DNA of 64,000 nucleotides from Myxococcota bacterium (GTDB lineage: Bacteria > Myxococcota_A > UBA9160 > UBA6930): positions 2,656,001 to 2,720,000 of the forward strand of contig OZ245002.1 in NCBI GenBank assembly GCA_965223415.1, given 5' to 3'. The notes beneath the pieces were generated by a model. That model saw only the letters and a program-made list of their open reading frames with translations, did no database searches and had not been told where the DNA came from. The stretch's first letter is position 1. Each line of letters begins with the position of its first letter. Shown here piece by piece: positions 37,527-47,626 of this stretch. The position numbers and the translations under genes were made by a program.

Positions 37527-37850
37527 CTGGGTCTCGCGCTGGGGCGAATGGCTCAACTCTCTGGAATTCAATGACTTTCTCCCTTTCCGCGGAAGCGGTG
37601 GGCCGGTCAGCGGGGGCTCCGCGGAAGGAAGTTTCTTTCCTCGGAGGAAAAGCACTGCCCTCGAATCCCCGCATTCAATCCCCGCGGGGCCTTCCGCGTC
37701 ACCGGAACCCCTCGAAGGCCCACTCCCCTCCCAATGGGAGCTCTGGATACCGGCTGGTCAGGCCGGGGCGTGTGGGTAGACTGTCGGGTCCTCTCGGGCC
37801 CGCGTCCCGGACGGACGGTCCCAGGACGTACGCCAGTGAGGAGGTTCGCC

Positions 37851-40271
37851 ATGTTCCGCAAGACAAGGCAGGGAGCCCGCCGTCCCTGCGCAGGAGCCCT
37901 CGGCCTGGCCGTCCTGCTCTTGCTGAGCGCCTGCCAGCAGAGTCAGGAGGCCCTCTACGACGAGGCCCAGGCGCTCATCGCGGAAGGCAAGCCCGAAGAC
38001 GGGCTCACGGTCCTGCGCGAGGCCGCCGCCCTCGACCCGGACGACGGCGAGATCCAGTTCGCCATCGGGATGACCCTTCTCCGGCTGGGCCGGACGAGCG
38101 AGGCGCTCTTCCCCCTCTCGAAGGCAGTGGAGACCGAGGAGTACGGCGTGCAGGCCGGCGTCGTCATGGCCAGCACCCTGGCGGAGGGTCGGAACTTCGA
38201 GGAGTCGATCGCCGCCGCCGACCGCGTGCTGGAGCGCAGCCCCGAGGACGTCGCCGCCCTCGCCATCCGGGCGAACGCGGCCATCGGCCTGCACCAGGGA
38301 GAGCTCGCACTCGATTCGGTCGATCGCCTGCTCGCGATCGAGCCGGGATCGGTCCCCTACCGCCACCTCAAGGCGAGCGCGCTCGGAGAGGCCCAGCGCC
38401 TGGACGACGCGGAGGCGCTGTTCCTCGAGCTGATGGAGATCGAGACGGAAGAGGATCCCGGCGGCCCGGCCCGGGCGTGCGGATCCCTCGCAAAGATGCT
38501 CATCGACCACAAGGAGACGGACCGGGCGGTCGAACGCCTGAAGCTGTGTGAGGAGAAGTACGTCACCCAGCCCAACGTGGCCCTCGCCCTGGTCAGCCTG
38601 TACGACGAGATGGGCCAGAAGGACGAGGCCATCGAGCTGCTGCAACGGACCAGCGAGAAGAAGCCCGACGACCCGAACGTGGTGAACGCCTTGGGCCACC
38701 GCCTGCTCGCCGCGGACCGATTCGACGAGGCCGAAGCACTGGCCAGCGAGGGCCTCGAGAAGGGCACCAACCCGGCCCGTTGGGCGGCGCTCTCGTCGGT
38801 GCGCAAGGCCGCGGGCAACGCCGACGGCGCCCTCGAAGCCATCGAGGAAGCGATCACGCTCAGCGATCCGCCGGACCAGGAGTACCTGTTCTCCCGGGCG
38901 GACCTCCTGATCAGCCTCGGCCGCGTCGACGAGGCGCAAGGCGTTCGCGAGCAGCTGACCGAGACGCTCTACCGCGACACGATCGACGGCCGACTCGCCC
39001 AGGAGGCCGGCGACAACGCCCGCGCCCTGGAGATCTACTCCGACGTGCTGGCGCACTGGCCCCAGAACGTGGGCGTGCGAGTGCTGGCGGCGCTGGCGGC
39101 GCTGGAAGAGGGCGACCGGGAGCAGGCCAAATCCCAGCTCCTCGAAGCGACCCGCCAGGCGCCCACGGAGAGCGATGCGGCCATCTGGCTGGCGCGCCTC
39201 CACTTCGCCGAAGGCGACTACGCCCAGGCGGCCTACTTCGCCACCCGACAGATCGCCGAGCGCGGGCCGACCCATCCGGACGCCTACCTGCTCGCGGCCC
39301 GTGCCTTCCGGCGCCTCGGCAAGCCGGAGCGGGTCAAGGGCTCCCTCGGCGCCATGGCCCTGGCCCGCGACGGGCTGTTCGCCGCGGAGAGCATCGCCGA
39401 GGTGATCCGATTCACCTCCGCCACCGAGGGACCGGACGGAGCGCTCGGTCGGCTCGACGAGATGGTCGAGAAGGCCGGCCTCGACTACGCCTCGCCGGAA
39501 ACCGAGCCGGCGCTGATCCAGCGGTTCCAGCTGTTGGCCGACGCGGGCCAGCTCGACGAGGCCACCCGGCGCGGCGAGGCGCTGATTGCGGCGCACCCGG
39601 AGCGGCCGACCCTGCACATGCTCCTGGGCCGGATCGGCCTGCTGAAGGGAGATGCGGAAACGGCGGGTCAGGCCTTCGAGCGGGCCCTCGAGCTCGACCC
39701 GGAGCACGCGGGCTCCCTCGCCGGGAAGGCGCTGCTCCAGCGCGCGGCCGGCGACCCGGCGGCCGCCGACACCATGGACCGGGCCTGGCAGCTCTCCCAG
39801 CATCAGGACTATGGCTACATGGCGGCGCGCATGCGCCTCGACCTGGGCCAGCGCGAAGAGGCCCGCGAGCGCTTCCTCGACCTGCTGATCCTGCACCCGG
39901 ACCAGGCCGCGGGGGCGAACGACCTGGCCTTCCTGCTCGCCGAGGACGGTACCGAGCTCGACCGGGCCCTCGAGCTCGCGCGACTGGCCCTGCGCCTCGC
40001 CCCCTCGCCCGAGGCCCTCGACACGCTGGGCTTCGTGCAGCTGAAGCGCGACGAGCTCGACGCCGCCATCGGCTCCTTCCGCCGGGCCATCGACCGTGGT
40101 CCCGAGTACGCGACCGCCCGCTACCACCTCGCGCTCGCCCTGCACGAGGCCGGCCGCAGCGAGGAGGCCCGCGAAGCCCTGGAGACGGCGCTGGAGACGG
40201 CGTTCCCGGAGGCCGAGCAGGCCCGGGCGCTGCTGGCGCGGCTCGAGGGTGGCGGCGGAACCGTCCAGTAG
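37851..40271 (+). CDS. TPR-repeat lipoprotein, PrsT-like
   Basis: LLLSAC lipobox, TPRs throughout and C-terminal ANDLAFLLA...DTLGFV...YHLALAL. GAGGAGG SD. Confidence 0.85.
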   Translation: MFRKTRQGARRPCAGALGLAVLLLLSACQQSQEALYDEAQALIAEGKPEDGLTVLREAAALDPDDGEIQFAIGMTLLRLGRTSEALFPLSKAVETEEYGVQAGVVMASTLAEGRNFEESIAAADRVLERSPEDVAALAIRANAAIGLHQGELALDSVDRLLAIEPGSVPYRHLKASALGEAQRLDDAEALFLELMEIETEEDPGGPARACGSLAKMLIDHKETDRAVERLKLCEEKYVTQPNVALALVSLYDEMGQKDEAIELLQRTSEKKPDDPNVVNALGHRLLAADRFDEAEALASEGLEKGTNPARWAALSSVRKAAGNADGALEAIEEAITLSDPPDQEYLFSRADLLISLGRVDEAQGVREQLTETLYRDTIDGRLAQEAGDNARALEIYSDVLAHWPQNVGVRVLAALAALEEGDREQAKSQLLEATRQAPTESDAAIWLARLHFAEGDYAQAAYFATRQIAERGPTHPDAYLLAARAFRRLGKPERVKGSLGAMALARDGLFAAESIAEVIRFTSATEGPDGALGRLDEMVEKAGLDYASPETEPALIQRFQLLADAGQLDEATRRGEALIAAHPERPTLHMLLGRIGLLKGDAETAGQAFERALELDPEHAGSLAGKALLQRAAGDPAAADTMDRAWQLSQHQDYGYMAARMRLDLGQREEARERFLDLLILHPDQAAGANDLAFLLAEDGTELDRALELARLALRLAPSPEALDTLGFVQLKRDELDAAIGSFRRAIDRGPEYATARYHLALALHEAGRSEEAREALETALETAFPEAEQARALLARLEGGGGTVQ

Positions 40272-40340
40272 CGGGCTGACCGCGACACTGCTCACGCGCC
40301 CCTCGCAACCCACGGGGCGCGCATCCTGGAGAACGTTGAC

Positions 40341-42848
40341 GTGACGACGAGAAGGTCCCTTGCGACTCGTGCGGGCGCCCACGCGCTCGCCCTGCTGGTG
40401 ACGGCCTCGCTCGGCCTGGGCTGCAGCGACGACGCCCAGCTCGTGAGCGAGCACCTGGCGGCGGCGGCGGCCCACGAAGAGGCGGGCGAGGCCCGCGAGG
40501 CCGTCCTCGAGCTGCGCAGCGCCCTGCGCCTCGCGCCCCAGGACGCCGACATCAACCTGCGGCTGGCGCGGCTCTCCCAGCGCAACGGCAACCTGAGCGA
40601 CGCGCTCTTCTACTTCGAGGAGGTCCGCCGCCTCGACCCCGACGACTCCGAGGCGGCCATCGGCATCATCGCCCTGGTGCAGGCCACGGACCTCGAGCGT
40701 GCCCGGGAGGAGGCGGACCTGCTGGTCGAGAAGGACCCGACCAATCCCCTCGCGCACCTGGCGGCTTCCGGTGTCGCCCTCGTCGAGGAGGACGTGGACG
40801 CGGCGCTCACCTCCGCCCTCACCGCCGTCGAGCTCGACCCCGAGGCGCCGGCCGTGCACCTCCAGCTGGGCCTCGTCCACGAGGCGAACGTCCGCGCCCA
40901 CCACATGGCCAAGCAGAACGTCCCGGAGGACGTCTACACCTCCGCCATCGCGGCCTTCCGGCGCACCCGGGAGCTGGCGACGACCGAGGAGGAGGTGCCG
41001 ACGCGGCTGCGCGCTTGGATGGAGGAGGCGAAGACCTACGCGCGCTGGCCCGGGCACCGGGAGGAGCTGCGCGCGGTCACGGCCGAGGCCTACGAAGACC
41101 TCCACGGCGCCGAGGACCAGATTCGGCGGGTGCTCGTCCAGGCTTCGCTCGGGCTCGGCCGGCAGCTCCGGGACGTCGAGCTGATCCGTTGGTCCCTCGA
41201 GCGCAGCGTGGAGCTGGATCCCCGGGACTTCCGCGCCTGGGGCGACCTGGCGCTGATGGAGGCCCAGGCGGAAGACCGCGGCATGGGCGTGCTGGACCGG
41301 ATGATCGCCCAGCTCCCCGACGACGGTGCCGCCCATGCGCTCTACGCCCGGCGGCTCGCCCAGCTCGGCAGGGCCGAGGAGGCGATCGCCTACCTGGAGG
41401 GCGCCATCGGGAAGCTGGAGGCCTCGTCAGCGGACCTGGGTCACGCCCTCGCCCGTCTGGCCAACCTCCAGGTGGGCGCCGGCGATCTGGAGGCGGCCGC
41501 CGCGACGCGGGACCGCCTGGACCAGGAGGCCCCGGGGTCGATCCACAGCTTCAGCGCCCGGGCGGTCGTGGCCCAGGCCGAGGGCGACACCGAAGCCGCG
41601 AGGGAGGCGCTCCAGAGCTGGATCGAGGCGAGCGAGAGCCTCGTGGCCATGCGCATGCTCGGCCTGCTCGAGCTCCAGCGGGGCAACGCCAAGGCGGCCC
41701 TCGAGGTCGCCGACCGCTCCGTCGAGGTGGCGCGCCGTGAGGGCGAGCGCCAGCGCCCCTATCTCTGCATCCGGGGGATGGCCCTGATGCGGCTCGGCCA
41801 GCGTCAGGCGGGCATGCGGGCCCTCGCGTTGGCGCGCCGAAGCGCCGGGGCGCCGGTGGCGGGCTGCCGCGTGGCCTACGCGGAGGCACTCTACGCATCG
41901 GGCCGGGACGAGCAGGCGTTCGAGGCGCTCGAGCCCCTGGTGGAGCAGGGCCAGCGCGAGGCGGTGCTCGTGTTCGCCCGGCGAGAGGGGGAAAACCAGC
42001 CGAAGCGCGCGCGGGCCCTGCTGGAGCAGGGCCTCGAAGCGCGTCCGTCGGACGCGGTCTTCCTGGGCCGACTCGTGCAGATGGACCTGGCCGAAGGCGA
42101 CGGCGAGGCGGCCGTCGCCCGCGCCCGCGCCGCCGCCGAGGCCTACCCGGATTCGCCGGGCATGAACCTCATCCTGGGCCGCGTCCTGGCGACCACCCGC
42201 GCGAACGACGAAGCCGTCGCGGTGCTGGAGAAGACGTTGGAGCGCTGGCCCTCGGTACCCGGCACCTCCGCCTCCCTGCTCGACCTGCTGCGGAGGCTCG
42301 GGCGGCTCGAGGAGGCCCGCGACACCTTCGAGAGGCTCTACGCCGAAGGCAGCCTGGCCCCTGGAAGCCAGGTCATGCTGGCCCGGCTGCGGAACCGCGG
42401 CGGGGACGAAGCCGGGGCCGTCGAGCTCCTGGAGGCGGCCCTGGCGACCGAGCCGGACCTGACGGCGGCGGCCAACGACCTCGCTTACCTCTTGGCGGTG
42501 CGGGGCGACGATCTGGAGCGCGCCACCGAGCTCGCCCAGGTGGCGCGCGGACAGGAGCCCGAGTCGCCGTCCATCGCGGACACCCTCGGCTGGGTCTTCC
42601 AGCAGCGCGGCCTGCACAACGCGGCCCTGGTGCAGTTCGAAGAGGCCATCGAGCTGGCGGATCCGCAGAGCCCCGCCTGGGCGACGGCGAACTTCCACCG
42701 CGCCCTGGCGCTGCGGGAGCTCGACCGGGGCGAAGAAGCGATCACGGCGGTCGAGCGCGCCCTCGCGTCCGGAACCGATTTCCCGGAGGCGGAGCAGGCC
42801 CGGGAGATCATTCGCGAGCTCTCGGCCGCGGCGACCGACGAGAGCTAG
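40341..42848 (+). CDS. TPR-repeat lipoprotein, PrsT-like paralog
   Basis: LGLGC lipobox and ANDLAYLLA...DTLGWV...FHRALAL. Confidence 0.85.
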   Translation: MTTRRSLATRAGAHALALLVTASLGLGCSDDAQLVSEHLAAAAAHEEAGEAREAVLELRSALRLAPQDADINLRLARLSQRNGNLSDALFYFEEVRRLDPDDSEAAIGIIALVQATDLERAREEADLLVEKDPTNPLAHLAASGVALVEEDVDAALTSALTAVELDPEAPAVHLQLGLVHEANVRAHHMAKQNVPEDVYTSAIAAFRRTRELATTEEEVPTRLRAWMEEAKTYARWPGHREELRAVTAEAYEDLHGAEDQIRRVLVQASLGLGRQLRDVELIRWSLERSVELDPRDFRAWGDLALMEAQAEDRGMGVLDRMIAQLPDDGAAHALYARRLAQLGRAEEAIAYLEGAIGKLEASSADLGHALARLANLQVGAGDLEAAAATRDRLDQEAPGSIHSFSARAVVAQAEGDTEAAREALQSWIEASESLVAMRMLGLLELQRGNAKAALEVADRSVEVARREGERQRPYLCIRGMALMRLGQRQAGMRALALARRSAGAPVAGCRVAYAEALYASGRDEQAFEALEPLVEQGQREAVLVFARREGENQPKRARALLEQGLEARPSDAVFLGRLVQMDLAEGDGEAAVARARAAAEAYPDSPGMNLILGRVLATTRANDEAVAVLEKTLERWPSVPGTSASLLDLLRRLGRLEEARDTFERLYAEGSLAPGSQVMLARLRNRGGDEAGAVELLEAALATEPDLTAAANDLAYLLAVRGDDLERATELAQVARGQEPESPSIADTLGWVFQQRGLHNAALVQFEEAIELADPQSPAWATANFHRALALRELDRGEEAITAVERALASGTDFPEAEQAREIIRELSAAATDES

Positions 42849-42850
42849 CC

Positions 42851-44521
42851 GTGCCCGCTGGCGACCGCCCCGGCGCGCGGCGCGGCGGCCCGAGGGACGC
42901 GCTGCTGCTGCTGGCGGGCTTCGTCCTGATCGCGCTGGCGCTGTACGCGCCGATCATGAACGCGGGCTGGCTCTCCGACGACCTCTCGGTGATCGCGGGC
43001 AACCCCTACGTGCAGGAGCTGAGCCTCGAGAACCTGGGGGTCGTCCTCGACCCCTACGGCGCGGCCACCGCTTACGCATTCAACTACTCGCCGGTGCATC
43101 TGCTGCTGCACGCGGTGAACATCCAGCTGTTCGGCGGGAGCTTCTGGGGGCACCACTTCGTGAACGTGCTGCTGCACGCGCTCACGGCCCTGCTCTTCGT
43201 CCTGCTGCTGCGCTCGTCGAAGCTCCCCTACTCCGTCGCGGCCGCCGCGGGCTTCCTGTTCCTCGTGCACCCGGCGAACGCCGAATCGGTGGCCCTGATC
43301 TTCCAGGCGAAGACGACGCTGTCCACCGCCCTGGCCCTGGGCGCGCTGCTCTGCTTCTTCCGGTGGCCGCTGGCGAGCGTGGCGCTGTTCGGGCTGGCGC
43401 TCCTCACCAAGATCACCGCAGTCTTCGCGCTTCCCGGGCTCTTCCTGCTGGTTCGGGCGCGACGGGCCGAGCCGGATCGCGAGGTTCCGGGCTTCGCCTG
43501 GGTGGCGGCCTGGGCCTTCGTGCTGGTGCTGGTCTCCCTGCCGGAGCTCGAGGCCTTCCGGCGCACCGGACAGGCGGGCTCGGGCATGGGCGAGGGCTTC
43601 CAGCTGGCCCGCTCGATCGTGGGGATCGCCGGCCGCTACCTGGTGATGGCGGCGAGCTCCGTCGGCGTCTCCCCCCTGCACAACCCGGAGCCGAGCGCGT
43701 CCTGGCTCGACCCGTGGTTCCTGGCGGGATGCGTGGCGCTGGGGCTGCTCGGCTGGCGCAGCGCCCGGGCGTTCCTGCGACGGGACGAGGAGGCCGCCTA
43801 CTGGGGAATGGCGGCGGCCGGCTTCTTCCCCGTCTGCCAGCTCTTTCCCTTCCTGTATCCGATGGCCGACCGCTACCTCTACACCATGCTCGTCGGCTTG
43901 CTGGGCGGGGCGTGCTTGGCCCTGAGGCAGGTCCCGGCGGCATGGGCGCCCACTGCCGGGTGGACGCGGCGAATTCCGGGCCTGGCTAGGCCCGGTGCAC
44001 TCGTCGCGGCCGGGCTGCTCGTCGCTGCAGTGGGACTGGGCGCGGTGACCTCGTCGCGGGTGGGCGTCTTCCGCACCGAGCAGGCGATGACGCGGGAAGG
44101 CGCCCGCAACTACCCGAACGGCATCGCCGCCAACCTCCGCGCCCTGCAGCTCGCCGGCCCGATCGGGAACGCCGCGGCCGCCGCCGAGGCCGTGCGAAAC
44201 CTCGATGCCCTGGGCTTCGCCGCCTACAACGGCCTGGTGAACGACGCCGGGCTGAACCGGGTGGCGCGGGACCCCGCCTATCGGGCCGCGATCCAGGACA
44301 TGGCCGGCTATTGGATCGAGCGCATCGGCCCGCTCGAGGAGCGTTTCCAGATCGAGTACCAGCAGCTCGCCTACTCCCACCTGGTGCGGGAGGAGCTGCG
44401 CGAGAGCCTCGAGGCCGCCGAGCAGGGCCTCGCCCTGGGCGGCCCCCACGACGCCGACCTGCGCGCGATTCGCGACGCGGCCCAGGCGGGGCTCGCGCGT
44501 CGGGATTCGGCGGAGCCATGA
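42851..44521 (+). CDS. TMTC-like GT-C fold membrane glycosyltransferase
   Basis: WLSDD acidic motif after TM1, YSPV, HFVNVLLH, LFLVHPANAESV and ADRYLY. About 11 TM segments with a helical C-terminal tail. Confidence 0.78.
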   Translation: MPAGDRPGARRGGPRDALLLLAGFVLIALALYAPIMNAGWLSDDLSVIAGNPYVQELSLENLGVVLDPYGAATAYAFNYSPVHLLLHAVNIQLFGGSFWGHHFVNVLLHALTALLFVLLLRSSKLPYSVAAAAGFLFLVHPANAESVALIFQAKTTLSTALALGALLCFFRWPLASVALFGLALLTKITAVFALPGLFLLVRARRAEPDREVPGFAWVAAWAFVLVLVSLPELEAFRRTGQAGSGMGEGFQLARSIVGIAGRYLVMAASSVGVSPLHNPEPSASWLDPWFLAGCVALGLLGWRSARAFLRRDEEAAYWGMAAAGFFPVCQLFPFLYPMADRYLYTMLVGLLGGACLALRQVPAAWAPTAGWTRRIPGLARPGALVAAGLLVAAVGLGAVTSSRVGVFRTEQAMTREGARNYPNGIAANLRALQLAGPIGNAAAAAEAVRNLDALGFAAYNGLVNDAGLNRVARDPAYRAAIQDMAGYWIERIGPLEERFQIEYQQLAYSHLVREELRESLEAAEQGLALGGPHDADLRAIRDAAQAGLARRDSAEP

Positions 44522-47500
44522 GCGGCCCGCCGCGCGCCGGGGAGGCGGCCGGCCGTCACTCCGTGGACTGGCGCTTCGGCGGCGTGCTCGCCTGCTTCGT
44601 GCTGAGCGGCTTCGCGGGCCTGCTCTATCAGACCGCGTGGACCCGCCAGTTCTCCTTCGCCTTCGGCACCTCGAGCCTGGCCGTGGCGACTGTGCTGGCC
44701 GCCTACATGGGCGGGCTCGCGGCCGGGGCCGCCCTCGCGGCCCGCTTCCTCCCCCGCGTGAGGCGACCGCTCCTCACCTATGGCCTGCTGGAGGGCGGCG
44801 TCGCCCTGGCCGCCCTGGGCGTGCCTTTCGCGGTGGAAGCCGCGGGCGACCTGCGAGCCGCCTGGCTCGGCGGCGGCCCGATCCCCTCGGAAGGCGGCGT
44901 CGGCGCGGCCGGCTTCTACCTCTTCGTCTCCTTCCTCGTGCTGTGCATCCCCACGGCACTGATGGGCGCGACCCTTCCGCTGCTCACGCGCCACGCGGTC
45001 CACAACGAGGCCCAGATCGGGCCGCGGATCGGCGCCCTCTACACCACGAACACGCTGGGCGCCGTCGCCGGCACCCTCGCGACCGCCTTCGTCCTGCTGC
45101 CGGCCCTCGGTCTCGGCGGGACGATCCGCGTCGGCGTGGCCACGAACGCCCTGGTGCTGCTGGTGGCCTGGGCGCTGGCCCGCGGCAGCGCGCCGACGAC
45201 CGAGCCGGCACCCGCGGCGGAGCCTGCCGTGCACCCGATCGCCGCGCGGGGCGGCGCCTTCCTGGCCATCGCCTTCGGCGCCGGGGTCGCTTCGTTCACC
45301 TTCGAGGTGCTGTGGACGCGGCTGCTCGAGCACGTGCTCGGGGGGAGCGTCTTCGCCTTCGCCACGATGCTGGCGAGCTTCCTGGTCGGCATCGCCCTCG
45401 GCGCCGCCGTCGCGGCGCGGCTGGCGACGAGCCCGGGGCGCGCGGCCGCCGGCCTGGCCTTCTCCCAGGTGGGCGCCGGCGTGCTGGCCCTCGCCGCCTA
45501 CGTGATGGCCCAGGGCCTTCCGGAGCTCGCGGCCGGGCTGGGCGAAGCGAGCCCCCTGCGACGGCTCCTCACCCTCTCCCTCTACGGCGGCGCCATGCTG
45601 CTGCCCTCGGCCCTGTGCATCGGCGCGACCTTCCCGTTCGTCGTGCGCGCCATCGTGCGCGGTCCCGAGGATTCCGGCGGCGCCAGCGCACGCGTCTACG
45701 CCTGGAACACCTTGGGCGCGATCGTGGGATCCGTCGGCGCGGGCTTCGTCATCATCCCGTGGCTGGGCTACGAGGGAACCCTGCGGGCGACGGTGCTACT
45801 GAACGTGGCCCTCGGCGCCGGCGCGGCCCTGTTCGCGCGCCCGCCCTCGCGAAGCGCCCTGGCCGTAGCCTCGGCGAGCCTGCTCGCCCTCGCGTGGGTG
45901 GCTCCGTCGCCTCCCTGGACCCTGCTGCGCAGCCGGGCCGGTGGGGGCGTGGAGGAGGCTGCCGACGAGGTGCTCTACTACGGCGTCGGACGCGGCGGCA
46001 CGGTGCTGCTCACGCGCCGCGACCGGATCTTCCGACTCTGGACGAACGGGCTACCCGAAGCCGGCGTCGGCATGCACGGCCAGCGGCCGGGAATCGGGCT
46101 CACCGCCCGCTGGCTCGGCGCGCTCCCCGCGCTGCGGCCCGGCGGCTCGAAGCACCTGCTGGTCGTGGGCCTCGGGGGCGGGACCGCGGTGGAGAGCGTG
46201 CCGCCCTCGGTCGAGCAGGTGGAGGTGATCGAGATCGAGGAGGAGGTCGTCGCCGCCAATCGGGCCATTGCGAACCGGCGCGCCCACGACCCCCTCGCGG
46301 ACCCGCGGGTGGCGGTCCGGGTGAACGACGCCCGCGGTGCGCTCCGACTCACCGGCGACCGCTTCGACGCCATCGTTTCCCAGCCCTCCCATCCGTGGAC
46401 GGCGGGCGCCTCCCATCTCTATACCCGGGAGTTCTTCGAGCTCGTGAAGAGCCGGCTCGAGCCCGGCGGCGTGTTCGTGCAGTGGATCGGCCTGGGCTTC
46501 GCGGACGAGCCCCTGCTGCGCAGCCTCGCCGCGACGCTGGGCGGCTCCTTTGCCCACGTCCGCGCCTACCAGCCGAACCCGGCGGGCCTGCTCTTCCTGG
46601 CTTCGAACGAGCCGCTGGCCGACCGGGCCGAGGAGGCGCGGCGGATCGCCGCCGACGCCGCGGCCTTCGCCGAGCTGGGGGTGCGGGGGGTCGAGGACCT
46701 GATCGCCCTCCAGGCCCTGGACGAGCGCGGGGTCGCCCTGCTCGGCGCCGGCGCTCCCCTGATCCGCGACGACCACAACCTGTTCGCCACCCGCTCCCCC
46801 TTCCTGGTCCGCAAGGACGCGGCCGCGGACTCCCGGCGCGTGCTCGCCGAGTACGACCCGCTGCGGGGCAGCGGAGAGGACGTGGACCTCGTCTCCATGA
46901 TCCGCCGGCTCGCCACCATGGGCCAGCGGGAGCGAGCCAAGCGCCTCGCCGGGCGCGTCCGGGGCGAGACCGAGCGCATCGTCCTGAGTGGCGAGCTGCA
47001 CCTCCGCGCCGGGCGGGAGCACAAGATGGTCTCCGCCTGGCGGCGCGCCCTCGGGCGGGACCCGGGCCTCGAGACCCCCCGCTACCGGCTGGCGGAGCAC
47101 CGGACCCTGGCGGGGGAAGCCGTCGAGGAGGCCTTCCTCGAGCCCCTGAGTGCGCCGGCCCGCGCGGTCGTCCGGGGCCTGGCCCTGCGCCGGGACGGCC
47201 GTTGGGAGGAGCTCGCGGCCCTGGAGCCGGCGCTCTCCCGGGTGGACTACCGGCACGCGGCCCGCGACGGCGCCGTGGCCCTGCGCGCCGAGTGGCGCCT
47301 CCACAGGGACGATCCCGCGCTCGCCCGGGAGGCTCTGGCCGTCGTGGACGCGGACGCCTTCGGCTGGCCTCCCGCCCGATTGCTGCTGCGCGCCCGTGCC
47401 GCCCTCGCGGCGGAGCGCTTCGACGTCGCCATTTCGACCCTGCACGACATCATCGGCCTGTCCCGGGGCCGCGCCGGCCGTCTGAGCGAGGTCGCGGACG

Positions 47501-47622
47501 GCGCGCTCCGGGTGCTCGCCGCCATCCCGCGTAGCGAGCTCGCGGACACCCAGCGGGACGACCTGCGGGTCGCGCTGCGGCGTCTGGCGGGAACCCAGCG
47601 GTCCGGTCGGTCGGGAGGTTAG
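44518..47622 (+). CDS. Fused MFS-like / spermidine-synthase-like SAM-dependent transferase
   Basis: LSGFAGLLYQTAWTR, LYTTNTLGA, VGLGGG, VNDAR and IVSQPSHPW...LYTREFF motifs. ATGA overlap with the GT-C gene. Confidence 0.88.
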   Translation: MSGPPRAGEAAGRHSVDWRFGGVLACFVLSGFAGLLYQTAWTRQFSFAFGTSSLAVATVLAAYMGGLAAGAALAARFLPRVRRPLLTYGLLEGGVALAALGVPFAVEAAGDLRAAWLGGGPIPSEGGVGAAGFYLFVSFLVLCIPTALMGATLPLLTRHAVHNEAQIGPRIGALYTTNTLGAVAGTLATAFVLLPALGLGGTIRVGVATNALVLLVAWALARGSAPTTEPAPAAEPAVHPIAARGGAFLAIAFGAGVASFTFEVLWTRLLEHVLGGSVFAFATMLASFLVGIALGAAVAARLATSPGRAAAGLAFSQVGAGVLALAAYVMAQGLPELAAGLGEASPLRRLLTLSLYGGAMLLPSALCIGATFPFVVRAIVRGPEDSGGASARVYAWNTLGAIVGSVGAGFVIIPWLGYEGTLRATVLLNVALGAGAALFARPPSRSALAVASASLLALAWVAPSPPWTLLRSRAGGGVEEAADEVLYYGVGRGGTVLLTRRDRIFRLWTNGLPEAGVGMHGQRPGIGLTARWLGALPALRPGGSKHLLVVGLGGGTAVESVPPSVEQVEVIEIEEEVVAANRAIANRRAHDPLADPRVAVRVNDARGALRLTGDRFDAIVSQPSHPWTAGASHLYTREFFELVKSRLEPGGVFVQWIGLGFADEPLLRSLAATLGGSFAHVRAYQPNPAGLLFLASNEPLADRAEEARRIAADAAAFAELGVRGVEDLIALQALDERGVALLGAGAPLIRDDHNLFATRSPFLVRKDAAADSRRVLAEYDPLRGSGEDVDLVSMIRRLATMGQRERAKRLAGRVRGETERIVLSGELHLRAGREHKMVSAWRRALGRDPGLETPRYRLAEHRTLAGEAVEEAFLEPLSAPARAVVRGLALRRDGRWEELAALEPALSRVDYRHAARDGAVALRAEWRLHRDDPALAREALAVVDADAFGWPPARLLLRARAALAAERFDVAISTLHDIIGLSRGRAGRLSEVADGALRVLAAIPRSELADTQRDDLRVALRRLAGTQRSGRSGG

Positions 47623-47626
47623 GCGG

